Shown piece after piece: positions 63,108 to 64,000 of a DNA stretch of 64,000 nt (its first letter is position 1; every line of letters begins with the position of its first letter). Source of the DNA: Pristiophorus japonicus (lineage: Eukaryota); contig NC_091992.1 of the NCBI RefSeq assembly GCF_044704955.1, forward strand, positions 82,646,001 to 82,710,000. The letters run 5' to 3'. A model generated the notes under the pieces. It had not been told where the DNA came from, made no database searches, and saw only the letters and a program-made list of their open reading frames with translations. The position numbers and the translations under genes are program-made.

Positions 63108-64000
63108 ATGGTCACCATTACTGATACTCGCTTTTTATTCCAGATTTTACTTAATTAACTGAATTCCCCAGCTGCCGTGGTGGGATTTGAACTCATGTCT
63201 CTGGATCATTAGTCTAGGCCTCTGGATTACTAGTCCAGTGACATAATCACTATGCTACCGTTCCCATACTTGTAGTTATATAGCACCTTTAACATAGTAA
63301 AACCTTATCGTTACAAGACTGGGAGCCAGTGTAGGTCAGCGAGCAAGTAAGAGGGACTTTGAGCAATTCTTGTCCCCCCTCGGTGTCCGAGCTTATAGAT
63401 GAAACAAAGCTGTTTTTGCATTGGTGCTGTTGTAATTCGGATTCTAAAAGATGGTTGTTTGTCTGCTGCTAGGCTAAGGGAGCCAGGATTGGGAACTTAA
63501 AGACTGAAAGAAGCCATTCTTTGGGAATCCAAATTAAAAAGTTGCTACTATAACAGCAGCTTTTGACAATGGCCTGGGAGCTGATCACCTCCCTATTCTA
63601 CAGGTTCAGGATTGTGCACAACACAGAGAAAGAAAGTGAGTGAGGGGTAAAGCCATCAATCCCCGTGACATTATTTAGCTGAGCCGTTGAGATATATGTT
63701 TGACTTGGATAACTAATGAATATTAATTCTATTGTCAAGCTGCACTAAACAGCATTAATTCGGCATCGAATCTTGTGTGCATGCTGCAATTAAATAAACA
63801 TGTTGGGTGTGATAGAAAACCTTACCAGTTTGGTGGATTAGTCATATTCATATACACAGTATGTTACTATCCCATAAATAAAAATGCTGTCATGTTCTCA
63901 TTTCTCAAAACCTGTAGATACCCACAACCCCATCTTGCTTATAGATAGCAGATGGTTTGTGGCTCATGATCCAAAACGCTGTCAGTAAATAGTGGTTATA

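Larger units (their letters stand above)
58888..63262 (-). mobile_element. tRNA-derived SINE split by the Harbinger insertion (parts 58888-59135 and 63108-63262)
   Basis: Minus-strand head GGTAGCATAGTG..GAGTTCAAATCCCACC; tail matches the LINE tail at 10131; the halves rejoin across the ATG TSD. Confidence 0.8.

Noticed and set aside
62847-63124. GC-rich ORFs / CpG island near the window end
   Set aside because: This is the subterminal region of the Harbinger element, next to its TIR.

Overview
Vertebrate nuclear DNA, most likely a cartilaginous fish (inferred from the repeat landscape: CR1, L2, Tx1-like, Penelope and Deu-domain SINE families). One host gene is evident, on the + strand: a RAI1/TCF20-family extended-PHD chromatin protein. 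It has a CpG-island promoter (~19.8-20.6 kb), a 3.66-kb first coding exon (23208-26867) and two small PHD exons of 94 and 50 bp; the terminal exon is unresolved. It lacks the family's usual N-terminus and looks like a third, shorter paralogue. The rest is largely transposable elements. These include a complete but decayed Gypsy LTR element with TSD, PBS, PPT and CTCF-like motifs in its LTRs; several CR1, L2 and other LINE copies with nested insertions; and two Penelope-like fragments, one carrying a minimal hammerhead ribozyme. There are also Tigger-like and Harbinger-like MITEs, tRNA-derived SINEs including an LF-SINE-like copy, and a 4-kb PIF/Harbinger element that keeps a spliced Myb/SANT-like gene but appears to carry captured host DNA in place of its transposase. 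All family names come from recalled motifs, not database searches.
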